Assembly: GCA_011364925.1 (NCBI GenBank)
Contig: RDOA01000002.1
Location: 64,001-128,000 of the forward strand
Reading direction: 5' to 3'
Source: Promethearchaeota archaeon
GTDB taxonomy: Archaea > Asgardarchaeota > Lokiarchaeia > Sigyniarchaeales > SOKP01
Length of the DNA: 64,000 nucleotides
The position numbers and the translations under genes were made by a program. This document shows, in pieces, positions 28,692-38,927 of the stretch (positions are counted from its first letter, which is position 1; each line of letters opens with the position of its first letter). A model generated the notes under the pieces. That model searched no databases, was not told the DNA's origin, and was given only the letters and a program-made list of their open reading frames with translations.

Positions 28692-30317
28692 GTGATTATT
28701 ATGAAGTCAATGCACGAGTTGAGCGTACCAGTTCCGACGAAGCGATCTTTGGTCGTAAGGAGCAATAAAGAAGTATCAATGAAACAGAGAGAATACGCTC
28801 TGAAAGAAACAGAATATAGTATGTTTTCATTCCCTGCTGATATGCTTGTTTTAGATTTTCTTTCTGACAGTGGGAGTTCTTCAATGACTGATTTACAATG
28901 GGCTTCACTTTTTCACGGAGATGAGTCCTACGGTCGTAATAAAGGGTATTATGTTTTACTCGATGCTATAAGGGACACTTTTGAGAGAGGAAATGAACCC
29001 CAGAAAGCAATAAACCTGATTTTATCGGGGGAAACAAACGTAGAAAAACTTATGGACGAGTTGTATTTAAAATCCCATGAGGGTGGTTTTGTTAATGGAG
29101 GGATTCATCAACTAGCTCGTCCAAACGCATTTTTAGTACCTCAAGGACGTTGTGCGGAACATCTCTTATTCTCAACAATCGCTCCTATTTTAAAAGATAG
29201 AAATCCCGATATAGAGTACTATATTCCAAATAATGGCCATTTCGACACTACTGAAGCTAACATCGCTGCGAATGGTATGCATCCTGTTAATTTATTCTCG
29301 GTTAATTTATTTGAAGATTTCCCTTCCGATCAAATGTCCGCAAAAAACCCGTTCAAAGGGAATATGGATAGCAAAGAATTAGAAGCTTTCATTGAGGATA
29401 AAGGAGTAGAAAGTGTACCACTAATTTACTTAACAATTACTAACAACACCGCAGCAGGACAACCTGTGTCGTTAAAGAATATTAAAACTATAAGCGAGAT
29501 CGCTCGAAATTATGAAATTCCGCTTTTTTTCGACGCATGTAGGTTTGCCGAAAATGCGTATTTTATTAAAGAATTTGAGGAAGAATATCGTAATTACAGC
29601 GTAGTAGAAATCGTAAAAGAAATGTTTTCCTATGCTGACGGATTTACAATAAGTTTTAAAAAAGATGGGCTCGCTAACATCGGAGGAGGAATGTTTTTCA
29701 GAGACCAAGGAACTTTTTATAAGAAGTTCTCGGATAACGGAAACATTGGTATAAAGCTAAAAGAAAAACAGATATTAACCTTTGGTAACGATTCCTATGG
29801 GGGTCTTAGCGGGCGAGCGATTATGACTATAACTGTAGGACTTTATGAAATCGTTAAAGAGCAATACTTGAGAGAAAGAATACGTTTGGTGAGAGAATTT
29901 GCTTTAAAGCTTTCAAAAAATGGAGTACCGGTTGTTCTGCCGGCGGGGGGTCATGCCGTTTATATTAATGTGGAGAAATTTTTCGAAGGAACTGAAATGA
30001 AAATTGATGATTTTGGCGGGGTAGGATTTACAATAGAACTGCTAAAACATTATGGCATTAGAGCTTGTGAATTAGGTCCTTTTGCGTTCGAATGGGATAA
30101 AAAAACTCCAGAACAACGAAAAGGCATTTTAAACTTGGTACGTTTTGCAATACCGCGTAACGTATATGAATCTTCTCACATTGATTATGCTGTCGCAGCT
30201 GTAACAGAATTGTATAACAATAGAGAAAGAATTCCAAAAGTCAAAATCTCCCGAGGAGCTAATTTGAGACTTCGGCATTTCCAATCAGGATTGGAACCAA
30301 TCTATAATTCTCAATAA
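28692..30317 (+). CDS. tnaA: Tryptophanase / tyrosine phenol-lyase family PLP enzyme (likely start ATG 28701)
   Basis: DFLSDSG, GDESYG, QGRCAE, HFDTT, TNNTAAGQPVS, DACRFAENA, SFKKDG (PLP lysine), GGHAVY, RFAIPR and LRHF. Confidence 0.85.
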   Translation: MIIMKSMHELSVPVPTKRSLVVRSNKEVSMKQREYALKETEYSMFSFPADMLVLDFLSDSGSSSMTDLQWASLFHGDESYGRNKGYYVLLDAIRDTFERGNEPQKAINLILSGETNVEKLMDELYLKSHEGGFVNGGIHQLARPNAFLVPQGRCAEHLLFSTIAPILKDRNPDIEYYIPNNGHFDTTEANIAANGMHPVNLFSVNLFEDFPSDQMSAKNPFKGNMDSKELEAFIEDKGVESVPLIYLTITNNTAAGQPVSLKNIKTISEIARNYEIPLFFDACRFAENAYFIKEFEEEYRNYSVVEIVKEMFSYADGFTISFKKDGLANIGGGMFFRDQGTFYKKFSDNGNIGIKLKEKQILTFGNDSYGGLSGRAIMTITVGLYEIVKEQYLRERIRLVREFALKLSKNGVPVVLPAGGHAVYINVEKFFEGTEMKIDDFGGVGFTIELLKHYGIRACELGPFAFEWDKKTPEQRKGILNLVRFAIPRNVYESSHIDYAVAAVTELYNNRERIPKVKISRGANLRLRHFQSGLEPIYNSQ

Positions 30318-30432
30318 TTAAAATAATGTTCGCAATTTAAAAAACAAAAAATCGCTCTTAGATTAAGATCTTTAACTTTTTTAGTATATTTCGTTATACT
30401 TAAAAAGTTAAAGTTATGCTTTCATTTTTTTT

Positions 30433-31368
30433 ATGCGTACTTATTATGGTAAAATAGGAGAACTTGAAGAGATTTTAATATCTTTACCCTTTTATTATTG
30501 CATGATAAAAAATGAATTTAGTTCCGTTCCAATTCTTGACAATTTTTATCAAACATCATCCTATTTTCCTATGCCCGTGGTACTTATAAGCACCATATCT
30601 CCTTCGGGAAAAACTAATTTAGGGCCATATTCACTTTGTTTTCCCTACATCATAGCTGAGAAGCATTCTATGTTATTAATTAGTCGTTCAAACAGTAATA
30701 CTGCTGAAAATATTAGAAGAGCTAAAGTATGTGCGATAAATTTTATCCCCTACAATAAGAAATTATTAAAAGAATGCGTTTTACTTGGGTACCCCGGAGA
30801 AACTACAGAAGAAAAAATGAAGAATAACAAATTTACCCTTATTCCCTCCCAGAGAACTCCTGAAGAGAAACAAGAGAATTTCATATATCCTGAAATTGTT
30901 GACGAAGCTATCCAAGTATTCGAGTGTACTTTAGACGAATCTTTTCCTACTTACAATAATGAAGTAACTCTCGAATCTCATTTCGTGCTTAATATTGACA
31001 AGATTCTTTTAAAGAACGAATGGAAAGAATTGCTATATGAAGGAAAAGAGTTTCCCGATTTACCAATCGACTTTGGCTATAGAAATAACATTAATTTCTG
31101 GTTTAGTAAGCATTCTGCTCCTTACGCTGAACCAATCCCTAAAGAAAAAGGAAATTCTGTAAACACAGTGATATATGCCGCTCAAAGAATAGACCCAGAA
31201 GTTGAATGGACCGATGAGGCTTGTGAAAAACTCGTAAAAGTCCCTCGCATCTTTTTGAAGAAGGTTCTAAAAGGGTGCGTTGAAATTGCTAAAGAAGAAG
31301 GTATCAGACTAATAACACCTGAATTCATGGACAAAATAAGAGATAAACGAGCTGTTGAGAAGCAATAA
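30433..31368 (+). CDS. Flavin-reductase-like FMN-binding protein with C-terminal PCP-reductase (BchB C-terminal-like) domain; likely start ATG 30502
   Basis: PMPVVLIST, NLGPYS, SNTAENI and FECTL. C-terminal WTDEACEKLVKVPRIFLKKV...ITPEFM. Confidence 0.75.
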   Translation: MRTYYGKIGELEEILISLPFYYCMIKNEFSSVPILDNFYQTSSYFPMPVVLISTISPSGKTNLGPYSLCFPYIIAEKHSMLLISRSNSNTAENIRRAKVCAINFIPYNKKLLKECVLLGYPGETTEEKMKNNKFTLIPSQRTPEEKQENFIYPEIVDEAIQVFECTLDESFPTYNNEVTLESHFVLNIDKILLKNEWKELLYEGKEFPDLPIDFGYRNNINFWFSKHSAPYAEPIPKEKGNSVNTVIYAAQRIDPEVEWTDEACEKLVKVPRIFLKKVLKGCVEIAKEEGIRLITPEFMDKIRDKRAVEKQ

Positions 31369-31494
31369 GCTTAAAAAAATTAAACTTCCTTAGCCTTACA
31401 TACTTCCAGTATCATAGGAAGAATTAAATCCAAAGCGATCTCTTTAAGACTATCCGGTGCTTTTAATAGATAAATCGCTTTTCCTAAAAAATCC

Positions 31495-31851
31495 TTATAT
31501 ATCGAGTGTTCTCAACCTTTGAGAAATATTCTTCCTTCTCAGAATCTTCATAAAATCGTCTTCTTTCTGTTTAAGTTTACCAAGAAAAGAATCCAACTTA
31601 TCAAAATTGTTGAACCAATGTTCTTCTCCGTTTACGATTATTTTAACGCCTTTTCTTTCGTTGTTATTGATAATTGCATATATCCCTCCTATTTCTGAAT
31701 CATGTTTTATAAAGATTTTTTCACCTTCCATATTATGATCTTTTTCATTTCCTTTTTTAGCCCAAAATTGATTTTTAAGAAGATAACTTCTATACATACT
31801 CATTTTTCCACACACACGACCTTTTATAATGTATTTTTCACAAGTCATCAT
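31495..31851 (-). CDS. Hypothetical protein
   Basis: 118-aa ORF with no recognised motif. Confidence 0.5.
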   Translation of the reverse strand: MMTCEKYIIKGRVCGKMSMYRSYLLKNQFWAKKGNEKDHNMEGEKIFIKHDSEIGGIYAIINNNERKGVKIIVNGEEHWFNNFDKLDSFLGKLKQKEDDFMKILRRKNISQRLRTLDI

Positions 31852-32250
31852 TATATTGCTAATGATAACCCATAGAGTAGTATCTAAGTAATATAAGATC
31901 AGTTTTGATAATAGAATGCTGTGTTATCTGTATTATACGCAGGTATTACGCGAATATTAATTTCTAATTACTAATTTAACCAGTATTTACTTAGATGCGA
32001 TATAAATCAAAAAACATCAATATAGTATTTAAATAACAAAGTAAAAAAGTCAGCACTAAATACTAAACCAATTTTAGGATCGGTTTTTTTCCATTGCAAA
32101 ATACACTCGCTAAAATTATTACTAATGATTGCAAGTTTGTATTATGATCACGCTTTTTCTTAATAAGAATTCAGTTTAAATAGTAAGAAATCAATTTTAT
32201 ACATAAGTATCAAAAAAGGAGATTAGGGTTAAGCGAGGTAATCATTCGTT

Positions 32251-32538
32251 ATGATGGCAGAATGCGACTTCTACATGAACCTTTACGACGATTTTATCAA
32301 GACAGGAAACAACGAGCACGATAAAATTTTATGGAAAACATATAAAATTCTTGAATTGATGAAATTAACTAATGGTAAAGATACAAATGGTCTGGTGGAA
32401 AATGGCCTGAGAATGATAATGCTTCTCTTTAACAATTTTAATTTTAATATATGTGATCTCAATAGTATTGATCTCAATGAGACTCCTCCTAATATAAAAG
32501 AAGAATTACAACATATATTAAAAACAGAATTCATTTAA
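32251..32538 (+). CDS. Hypothetical protein
   Basis: 95-aa ORF preceded by a GAGGT ribosome-binding site. Confidence 0.55.
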   Translation: MMAECDFYMNLYDDFIKTGNNEHDKILWKTYKILELMKLTNGKDTNGLVENGLRMIMLLFNNFNFNICDLNSIDLNETPPNIKEELQHILKTEFI

Positions 32539-33037
32539 ACTCTTTTTCAAACTTCCACACATTATCTTGTATAGTGTGCAAGTTTTTTACAACCTTCCCC
32601 GCTTTTTTTGCTTCCATTTCTTTAGCATTAAACAAGGCTTTTCCTATAGCTAACGCTCTGTCGTGATTTTCGTCCACTATTACCACGATCTCTCCCTTTT
32701 TTATCGATGGATCAATTTGAGTAATCCCTGGCCTCATGACATCCGCTGCATTTGTAACAAATCTGATCGCTCCTTGATCGACAACAATCTTCTTTAGGTT
32801 TACTTGTTTATTTAAAAGTAAAGTCAATACGGGAATGTAGCCTTCTTTTGATTTCCAGAGTTTTAGAACATTGTTCACTGCATATAAAGTATCTCCTTCA
32901 TCAGTCTCGATCAATTCGATCCGAGCTTTTTTAGGAAAGATTTGAGATACGATGGTTTCATCGTATTGCAATAACACATCGTCTTGTAATTCTCTAATCT
33001 GAGATTTTTGTATGAAGTGCCTATGTTTAATATTCAT
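32531..33037 (-). CDS. PUA-domain RNA-binding protein (DUF1947 / MCT-1-like)
   Basis: RHFIQKS, IPVL, VVDQGAIRFVTNAADVMRPGI and GKVVKNLHTIQD. Confidence 0.9.
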   Translation of the reverse strand: MNIKHRHFIQKSQIRELQDDVLLQYDETIVSQIFPKKARIELIETDEGDTLYAVNNVLKLWKSKEGYIPVLTLLLNKQVNLKKIVVDQGAIRFVTNAADVMRPGITQIDPSIKKGEIVVIVDENHDRALAIGKALFNAKEMEAKKAGKVVKNLHTIQDNVWKFEKEFK

Positions 33038-33108
33038 AATTCATAGTGTAAATAAAAATCATCAAATAAAAACCTTTTATATCCCTAATTTTATATTAGA
33101 ATTGAAGT

Positions 33109-33648
33109 ATGTCAAAAGTATATACAACGGCTGTAGTGATTATTCCTCCTGAGAAGATTTGGGAGACAATTCAAAAGATTCGAAGGACATACGATAGACA
33201 ATTTCATAGATGGATGCCGCACATAACTTTACTTTATCCATTTAAACCTCAATCTGATTTCCAAGAGCTCGATTCTCTCTTTTCATTTGCATGTAGACAA
33301 ATAGGATCGTTTCAAATTAGTTTCCACAAGTTTAAGTTTTTTAATCACGGAAAGCAGAGATATACGCTTTGGTTGAATCCTGAACCAGTGGATCCGATTA
33401 AAGTCCTTCAGAATACACTGATGGAAATCGTTCCCGATTGTAACGATGTAAATTTATATAAAAATGGATTTACGCCTCATTTAAGTGTTGGACAAATAGC
33501 AGGTAAAAACAATTTGATCAGCGTTATGGATAAACTTCAAACTAATTGGAATTCTTTAGAATTCAAAGTTTCGTCTACTTATTTTATCGCAAGGGAGAAT
33601 CAGAAGTCATCTGAATTTGAAATCAAAAAAGAATTTTATTTAAAATAA
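33109..33648 (+). CDS. 2H phosphoesterase (2'-5' RNA ligase family)
   Basis: Two HxT/S motifs: PHITLLYPF and PHLSVGQ. Confidence 0.88.
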   Translation: MSKVYTTAVVIIPPEKIWETIQKIRRTYDRQFHRWMPHITLLYPFKPQSDFQELDSLFSFACRQIGSFQISFHKFKFFNHGKQRYTLWLNPEPVDPIKVLQNTLMEIVPDCNDVNLYKNGFTPHLSVGQIAGKNNLISVMDKLQTNWNSLEFKVSSTYFIARENQKSSEFEIKKEFYLK

Positions 33649-33681
33649 GAGAGCACTAAAAAAAGGTTTGAGATTTATATT

Positions 33682-34251
33682 CTATTTTCCTTTAGAATTA
33701 TATACTAGTTCTGCGATTTTCTGAAATACAATTTTTACATTCTCACCAGTAAGTGCGGAAGTTTCGAAATATGGTGCGTTAAGTTTATCGCTTAAGTGTT
33801 CTGCCATTGGCAAAATTATCTTCCGTTCCTCTTTTAAATCTATTTTGTTCCCGATTAAAACTCTTGGCACTCCACTAAGACCATACTTAACCGCAGTATT
33901 ATACCAGTTGTTAACGTTACTAAATGTGCTTGAACGCGTAGTATCGAATACTAAGAGTATTCCGTCTGCTCCATTGAAGTATGGGCGATGTAGCATATAA
34001 AATTGAGGTTGTCCAGCGATATCCCAAAACATTAGATTTACTGTGGCGTCCTTTTCCTTTAATTCGATTGTTTCTTTTAATATTGAGACTCCAACGGTTG
34101 GTAAATACTTATGCTCGAATTGATTTGTTGCGAAATTTGTAAGAAGGCTTGTTTTTCCGACTGCAGGGTCTCCGATTACGATAACTTTATAAATCGCCTC
34201 AGTTTTTCCTTTAAAAACAATGCTTCCTTCTTTCTTCTCGTTATCGCTCAT
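33682..34251 (-). CDS. Rab-like small GTPase (canonical motifs)
   Basis: GDPAVGKT, PTVG, WDIAGQ, NKID and ETSAL. Confidence 0.93.
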   Translation of the reverse strand: MSDNEKKEGSIVFKGKTEAIYKVIVIGDPAVGKTSLLTNFATNQFEHKYLPTVGVSILKETIELKEKDATVNLMFWDIAGQPQFYMLHRPYFNGADGILLVFDTTRSSTFSNVNNWYNTAVKYGLSGVPRVLIGNKIDLKEERKIILPMAEHLSDKLNAPYFETSALTGENVKIVFQKIAELVYNSKGK

Positions 34252-34392
34252 GTGACTTTCAATCGATTATGATTTTAATTTATTTTTGTTATAATAAATA
34301 TGAACTTCTTATTTATATTTCTTAACAATTTATTTTACATTTTAGGCTTTAAGAACAAAAAAACTATGTTTTTGTATGTAACCACCTAAAGC

Positions 34393-35031
34393 TCAATTTT
34401 TTACATCTAATTTTTTAACCCAAAAATCAATTTTCTCCCCTAAGTGAACCTCTAAACTCTTTGAAGATTGTTCGTTATTATCGATTATATCTTGTAGCGA
34501 ATTAGCAGAATCCAACTGAGTTAAGATTTGTGAAATCTCATACAGCATTTTATGACCACCAGTAAATTCGTAGATATCTTCTTTAATTTGCTCTAAAATT
34601 GCTTTTACCGCTTGAGGTTCGCTAAAGCTACTTAGATTAGTTTTTAGGGCGCTTAACTGATTCAATATCAAATTTTTTTTGCTTGTTGCTGATTCATCTC
34701 TTTCAATTGCATTCTCGACTTCTTGTTTTTTTAACGGGAGAGACTTTAGATTCATTATCAGCGATTTGATCAAATTTAATTCATCTTCCACCTGCTTCTG
34801 ATTTTTAATTACATTCGTCAATTGCGGGGTTAATCCCTTAATTTCAATAGTAGATTTGTGCAATTCTTCAACCATATCAGTTAACTGTGTGATCTTCAGA
34901 TTAGTTTGTCCCATTTTAGTAATAATATCTAAACCAAATTTCTCTAATATTAAGGAGAAAGAAGTCATCTTCTTCTCTAACTCATTTAGAGATTTCTCCA
35001 AATCTTCTCCATTTGAACTCATTGATTTCAC
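34393..35031 (-). CDS. Helical/coiled-coil hypothetical protein
   Basis: Heptad-rich 212-aa ORF; likely start ATG 35022. Confidence 0.65.
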   Translation of the reverse strand: MKSMSSNGEDLEKSLNELEKKMTSFSLILEKFGLDIITKMGQTNLKITQLTDMVEELHKSTIEIKGLTPQLTNVIKNQKQVEDELNLIKSLIMNLKSLPLKKQEVENAIERDESATSKKNLILNQLSALKTNLSSFSEPQAVKAILEQIKEDIYEFTGGHKMLYEISQILTQLDSANSLQDIIDNNEQSSKSLEVHLGEKIDFWVKKLDVKN

Positions 35032-35204
35032 TCTTAGGTTTTACAAATTGAAATATTCTCAACCAAAAAAGTAAGATTGTTACCAATCTAAGGGAGAATA
35101 TTATATAAAGATCAATTTATTATTCTTTTTATAAGTAAATAATTAATGCATAAAAATATAAATTCAAGTTTTTTGAATCAAATTATTTCGCATTTCAAAA
35201 TTTT

Positions 35205-36098
35205 GTGATTACCTTGATTCAGTATATTAATATCCTCACTCGTGACGGTAAATCATTATTATTTAGGAATTATGGTAGTTCAGATGTCGATAGAGATTTG
35301 TTAGCAGGATTTCTGAGCGCGTTCTCGGGTTTCATGAAAGAGATTAGCCAAAGCGATATTAAATCCACAGCTACTGACGAATTCAAATATTTTTACACGA
35401 TTATAGAGGAGATTTTAATTGTGGTGTGTGCAGATCTAACTGATGAAGATGCAGCTATAAACACGAAAATTACTACTATTAAAGTAAAATTTGTCGAAGA
35501 ATATGGTAAAGTTATAAAAAGTGGGGAATGGTCAGGGAATCGCACAATATTTGAGGGGTTTGGACGTGAACTTGATGATGTTATTCTCGGAGAGATTAAG
35601 GTGTCAATACTTGGCCTGGGCGGTGTTGGCAAAACGACCCTTCTACGATTAATTTGTGGGGAAAAGATAAACTTAGAATATCAGCCTACCATAAATGTAG
35701 ACATTACTAATTATGATGGGGCAGAGATTGGAGTAAATCGTTCTATTATGCTATGGGATTTTGCTGGTCAATCTAATTATCGAGCCCTCTGGCCAAGTCT
35801 ACTCGATAGTACTGACATAGTTCTATTAGTGCTTGATTCTAGTTACGAATCTTTAAATCCCACTAAAGAGATTCTACGAGATATTTTGGAAAAACATTAC
35901 AAAGATACACTAGTTATTGGAATTGCAAATAAGCAAGATTTACCCAATAGACTTACGCCTAAATTCTGCGAGAGAATTCTTTCCGAGGTTAGAAAAGATC
36001 CTCCAATTCAAGTTTATGATATGGTGGCAATTGATCCAAATTATCGAGAAAAAATTCGCGCAATTCTAAGAGACGCGATAAGTAAAGTGTACCAATAG
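35205..36098 (+). CDS. Longin-domain / small GTPase (Arf-like) fusion
   Basis: N-terminal INILTRDGKSLLFRNY...DLLAGFLSAFSGF longin pattern. GTPase motifs GLGGVGKT, PT, WDFAGQ and ANKQD. Confidence 0.85.
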   Translation: MITLIQYINILTRDGKSLLFRNYGSSDVDRDLLAGFLSAFSGFMKEISQSDIKSTATDEFKYFYTIIEEILIVVCADLTDEDAAINTKITTIKVKFVEEYGKVIKSGEWSGNRTIFEGFGRELDDVILGEIKVSILGLGGVGKTTLLRLICGEKINLEYQPTINVDITNYDGAEIGVNRSIMLWDFAGQSNYRALWPSLLDSTDIVLLVLDSSYESLNPTKEILRDILEKHYKDTLVIGIANKQDLPNRLTPKFCERILSEVRKDPPIQVYDMVAIDPNYREKIRAILRDAISKVYQ

Positions 36099-36125
36099 CT
36101 AAAATGTTCTAAGAAAGAAGAATTT

Positions 36126-36659
36126 CTATTGCTCTTTAAACTCGTATACTAATTCCGCGATCTTTTCAAAGACTTCTTTAACATTTTCTCCAGTAACTTC
36201 TGATGTTTCGTAATACAGAGCATTTATTTTTTCGCTTAAATGTTCAGCCATAGGAAGAATAATCTTCCTTTCTTCTGTTAAATGGCTCTTGTTTCCGACT
36301 AAGATTTTTGGTATATCTCTTAATCCATATTTCACAGCTGAACTATACCAGTTGTTAATATTACTGAACGAGCTTGAACGCGTGAGATCGAATATTAAAA
36401 GCATACCATCAGCTCCGCTGAAATACGGACGATGTATCATATAAAATTGTGGTTGTCCAGCGATGTCCCAAAACATCAGGTGAACTCGGGTGTTGTATTT
36501 CCTAAGCTCGACTGATGTTTTTAAAATTGAAACGCCTACGGACGGTAAATGCTTTTCCTCAAACTCCTTTTCGGTAAATTTAGTGATAAGTTCCGACTTA
36601 CCAACTTGTGGGTCTCCTAAAACTATAATTTTAAAAAGTGCTTCACTTTTAGCTGACAT
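36126..36659 (-). CDS. Rab-like small GTPase with non-canonical G4/G5
   Basis: GDPQVGKS, WDIAGQ, NKSH and ETSEV. Confidence 0.9.
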   Translation of the reverse strand: MSAKSEALFKIIVLGDPQVGKSELITKFTEKEFEEKHLPSVGVSILKTSVELRKYNTRVHLMFWDIAGQPQFYMIHRPYFSGADGMLLIFDLTRSSSFSNINNWYSSAVKYGLRDIPKILVGNKSHLTEERKIILPMAEHLSEKINALYYETSEVTGENVKEVFEKIAELVYEFKEQ

Positions 36660-36757
36660 ACTAAGTATTTTGGTAGTTCGTAATTTTTGAATATTATTCT
36701 ATTGGAGAATTAAATAATTTTATAAACATGTTTATTATCCTTCTCACTTAATCGAAT

Positions 36758-36964
36758 TTATCGGGATTGTTTGATATTCTCAATTGATTGCGACATCAGA
36801 GTTAATTTTCCCATGATATGGCTAAAAAAGTTTGAGATTATGTCTTCAATTTGGCTAGTTCTCATTAGAATTGCCACTGCTTCGCTGTAGGTTTTACAGC
36901 CATTAACTTCTTTTATTTTTTTAAGATCGTTTTTTATTTTTTCATTCAAATCGATTGTAGGCAT
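36758..36964 (-). CDS. Small ribbon-helix-helix / antitoxin-like DNA-binding protein
   Basis: MPTIDLNEKIKNDLKKIK...KTYSEAVAIL matches the archaeal RHH/VapB-like pattern. Confidence 0.55.
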   Translation of the reverse strand: MPTIDLNEKIKNDLKKIKEVNGCKTYSEAVAILMRTSQIEDIISNFFSHIMGKLTLMSQSIENIKQSR

Positions 36965-37111
36965 AATTTAATATAGGTTTTTTATATATATAAATTTTGT
37001 CATTAGAATGTTAATTGACAACATTACAAAAATATTTATATACTAATAATAATATAAAAATAATATTACATTCATTATTGAAATCAAAATTACAAGAAAT
37101 AAAGCTAAATT

Positions 37112-37999
37112 ATGACAATTGATTGGAGTTTTATTGAACAAAATTATAAAAAACCTGTAAAAGTTAAAGTTGAGGCTCGTGATCTAATGGATTTACGTGC
37201 TAAAGTTAACGATTTAGAAAAGCAACTGACGGATACAAGGAAGGAATTAAATAGAACACAGAATACTCTTAAATCTACGAGCACTAGCCTTGAAAATACA
37301 ACAAACGAATTAAAAAACACAAAAACAAGCCTAGATAAAATTAAAGCAGAACTTAGTGTTACTAAATCTAAATTAGTTCAAACTTCCGCTGATCTCGATA
37401 GCTCAAACTCTAAAGTAAGCGAACTTAAAGAGTTAATCCCTAAACTCGATATCGCAAACTCTAAAATAAGCGAGCTTGAAGGAAAGATCGAGGGACTTGG
37501 TGGTACGATTTCAGATCTCTCTTCTGAATTAGAATATTCTAAATCAGAAATACAAGGCTTAGAAGGAGCTGCTTCAGAGAGTAAAGAACAACACGATGAA
37601 TTGGCTGCCGAAAATCAAGAATTAAATAGCAAACTAATCATTACTCAAGACGAAAATACCTCCCTAAAAAATCAATTAACGGACCTAAATAACGAATTAC
37701 TTCAAAAAGACACAAAACTTAGAGAATTCACCGATTTGATCCACGATAAAGAAAAACTAATCAACGATCAGGCTGCTCACTTAAAAGAAGTTGAAGACGA
37801 GTTAAAAGAACTAAAACAAAGTAATGAACCTAATTTGGGACACCCCTTTGAAACACGGATTATTTGCCCTAGGTGTCAAGCTGTGGGAAAAGATATTAGA
37901 GAAGTCGAGGACAGAAAAAAGGTTCTTCGTCCTGGTCCTATTCCAATGTATGCTAAAAAATATGTCTGTAAAAAATGTGGATATGATTGGAATAAGTAA
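37112..37999 (+). CDS. Long coiled-coil protein with C-terminal zinc ribbon
   Basis: About 220 aa of heptads, then CPRC...KKYVCKKCGYDW. Confidence 0.75.
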   Translation: MTIDWSFIEQNYKKPVKVKVEARDLMDLRAKVNDLEKQLTDTRKELNRTQNTLKSTSTSLENTTNELKNTKTSLDKIKAELSVTKSKLVQTSADLDSSNSKVSELKELIPKLDIANSKISELEGKIEGLGGTISDLSSELEYSKSEIQGLEGAASESKEQHDELAAENQELNSKLIITQDENTSLKNQLTDLNNELLQKDTKLREFTDLIHDKEKLINDQAAHLKEVEDELKELKQSNEPNLGHPFETRIICPRCQAVGKDIREVEDRKKVLRPGPIPMYAKKYVCKKCGYDWNK

Positions 38000-38039
38000 A
38001 TTAACTCCGTACTAGAAGGATTATTTTCCAATTTAAAGG

Positions 38040-38900
38040 TTGTTTAACTTGATTAGATATATAAATTTTCTGACTCAAGCTGGTAAATCAGTATTATTCC
38101 GAAATTATGGATCCTCGGACATTGATAAAGGCTTAACGAAAGAAATTTTAAATATTTTTAAAGTTGCAAGCCAGAATGAAAGTGAAATTACAATTAATAT
38201 TACAGATGAATTCAAATATTTTTCTGCCACGATTGGTGAATACATAATTATAGTTTGCACCGATCTCGAGGACGAAAATGCTATTATCAAGTCCAAAATT
38301 CACGCCCTTAAGACAAAATTTAACAAAATAATAAGTAAGAATTATGAATTAATTCATGAATTTGAGCAAAATCTTGATGATATTATTCTTCCACCAATAA
38401 AAGTTGCGATTGTTGGTTTAGGGGGGACCGGTAAAGAAGAATTAATTCAATTAATCTGTGGAGAACAAGTGAACTTAGAATATCAACCGACTATAAACGT
38501 GGATCTTTCGAATTTTGATGGAACAGAGATCGGAGTAAATCGGACTATTATGCTATGGGATTTTCCTGGTCAATCTAATTACAGAGCTCTCTGGGCAAGC
38601 TTACTCGATAGGACTGATATAGTCCTATTAGTACTCGATTCCAGCTATGAATCTTTAAATCCTACTAAAGACATACTTCGCGATATTTTAGAAAAAAATT
38701 TCAAAGATAAACTAATTATCGGTATCGCAAACAAGCAAGACTTACCCCATCGACTCACGCCTAAATTCTGTGAGAGAATGCTTTCAGAGGTAAGAAAAGG
38801 CCCTCCAATTCCAGTTTATGGTATGGTTTCAAGTGATCCAGCCTATCGAGAAAAGATCCACGCAATTCTAAGAGACGCGATAAGGAAACTTTACCCATAG
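38040..38900 (+). CDS. Longin / small GTPase fusion paralog with degenerate P-loop
   Basis: Highly similar to 35205-36098, but with GLGGTGKEE and WDFPGQ. Confidence 0.85.
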   Translation: MFNLIRYINFLTQAGKSVLFRNYGSSDIDKGLTKEILNIFKVASQNESEITINITDEFKYFSATIGEYIIIVCTDLEDENAIIKSKIHALKTKFNKIISKNYELIHEFEQNLDDIILPPIKVAIVGLGGTGKEELIQLICGEQVNLEYQPTINVDLSNFDGTEIGVNRTIMLWDFPGQSNYRALWASLLDRTDIVLLVLDSSYESLNPTKDILRDILEKNFKDKLIIGIANKQDLPHRLTPKFCERMLSEVRKGPPIPVYGMVSSDPAYREKIHAILRDAIRKLYP

Positions 38901-38927
38901 CGGATAATTTTCAAAAAATAAATATTT

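Noticed and set aside
36758-36964. Toxin-antitoxin module
   Set aside because: No adjacent PIN/RelE-type toxin ORF.
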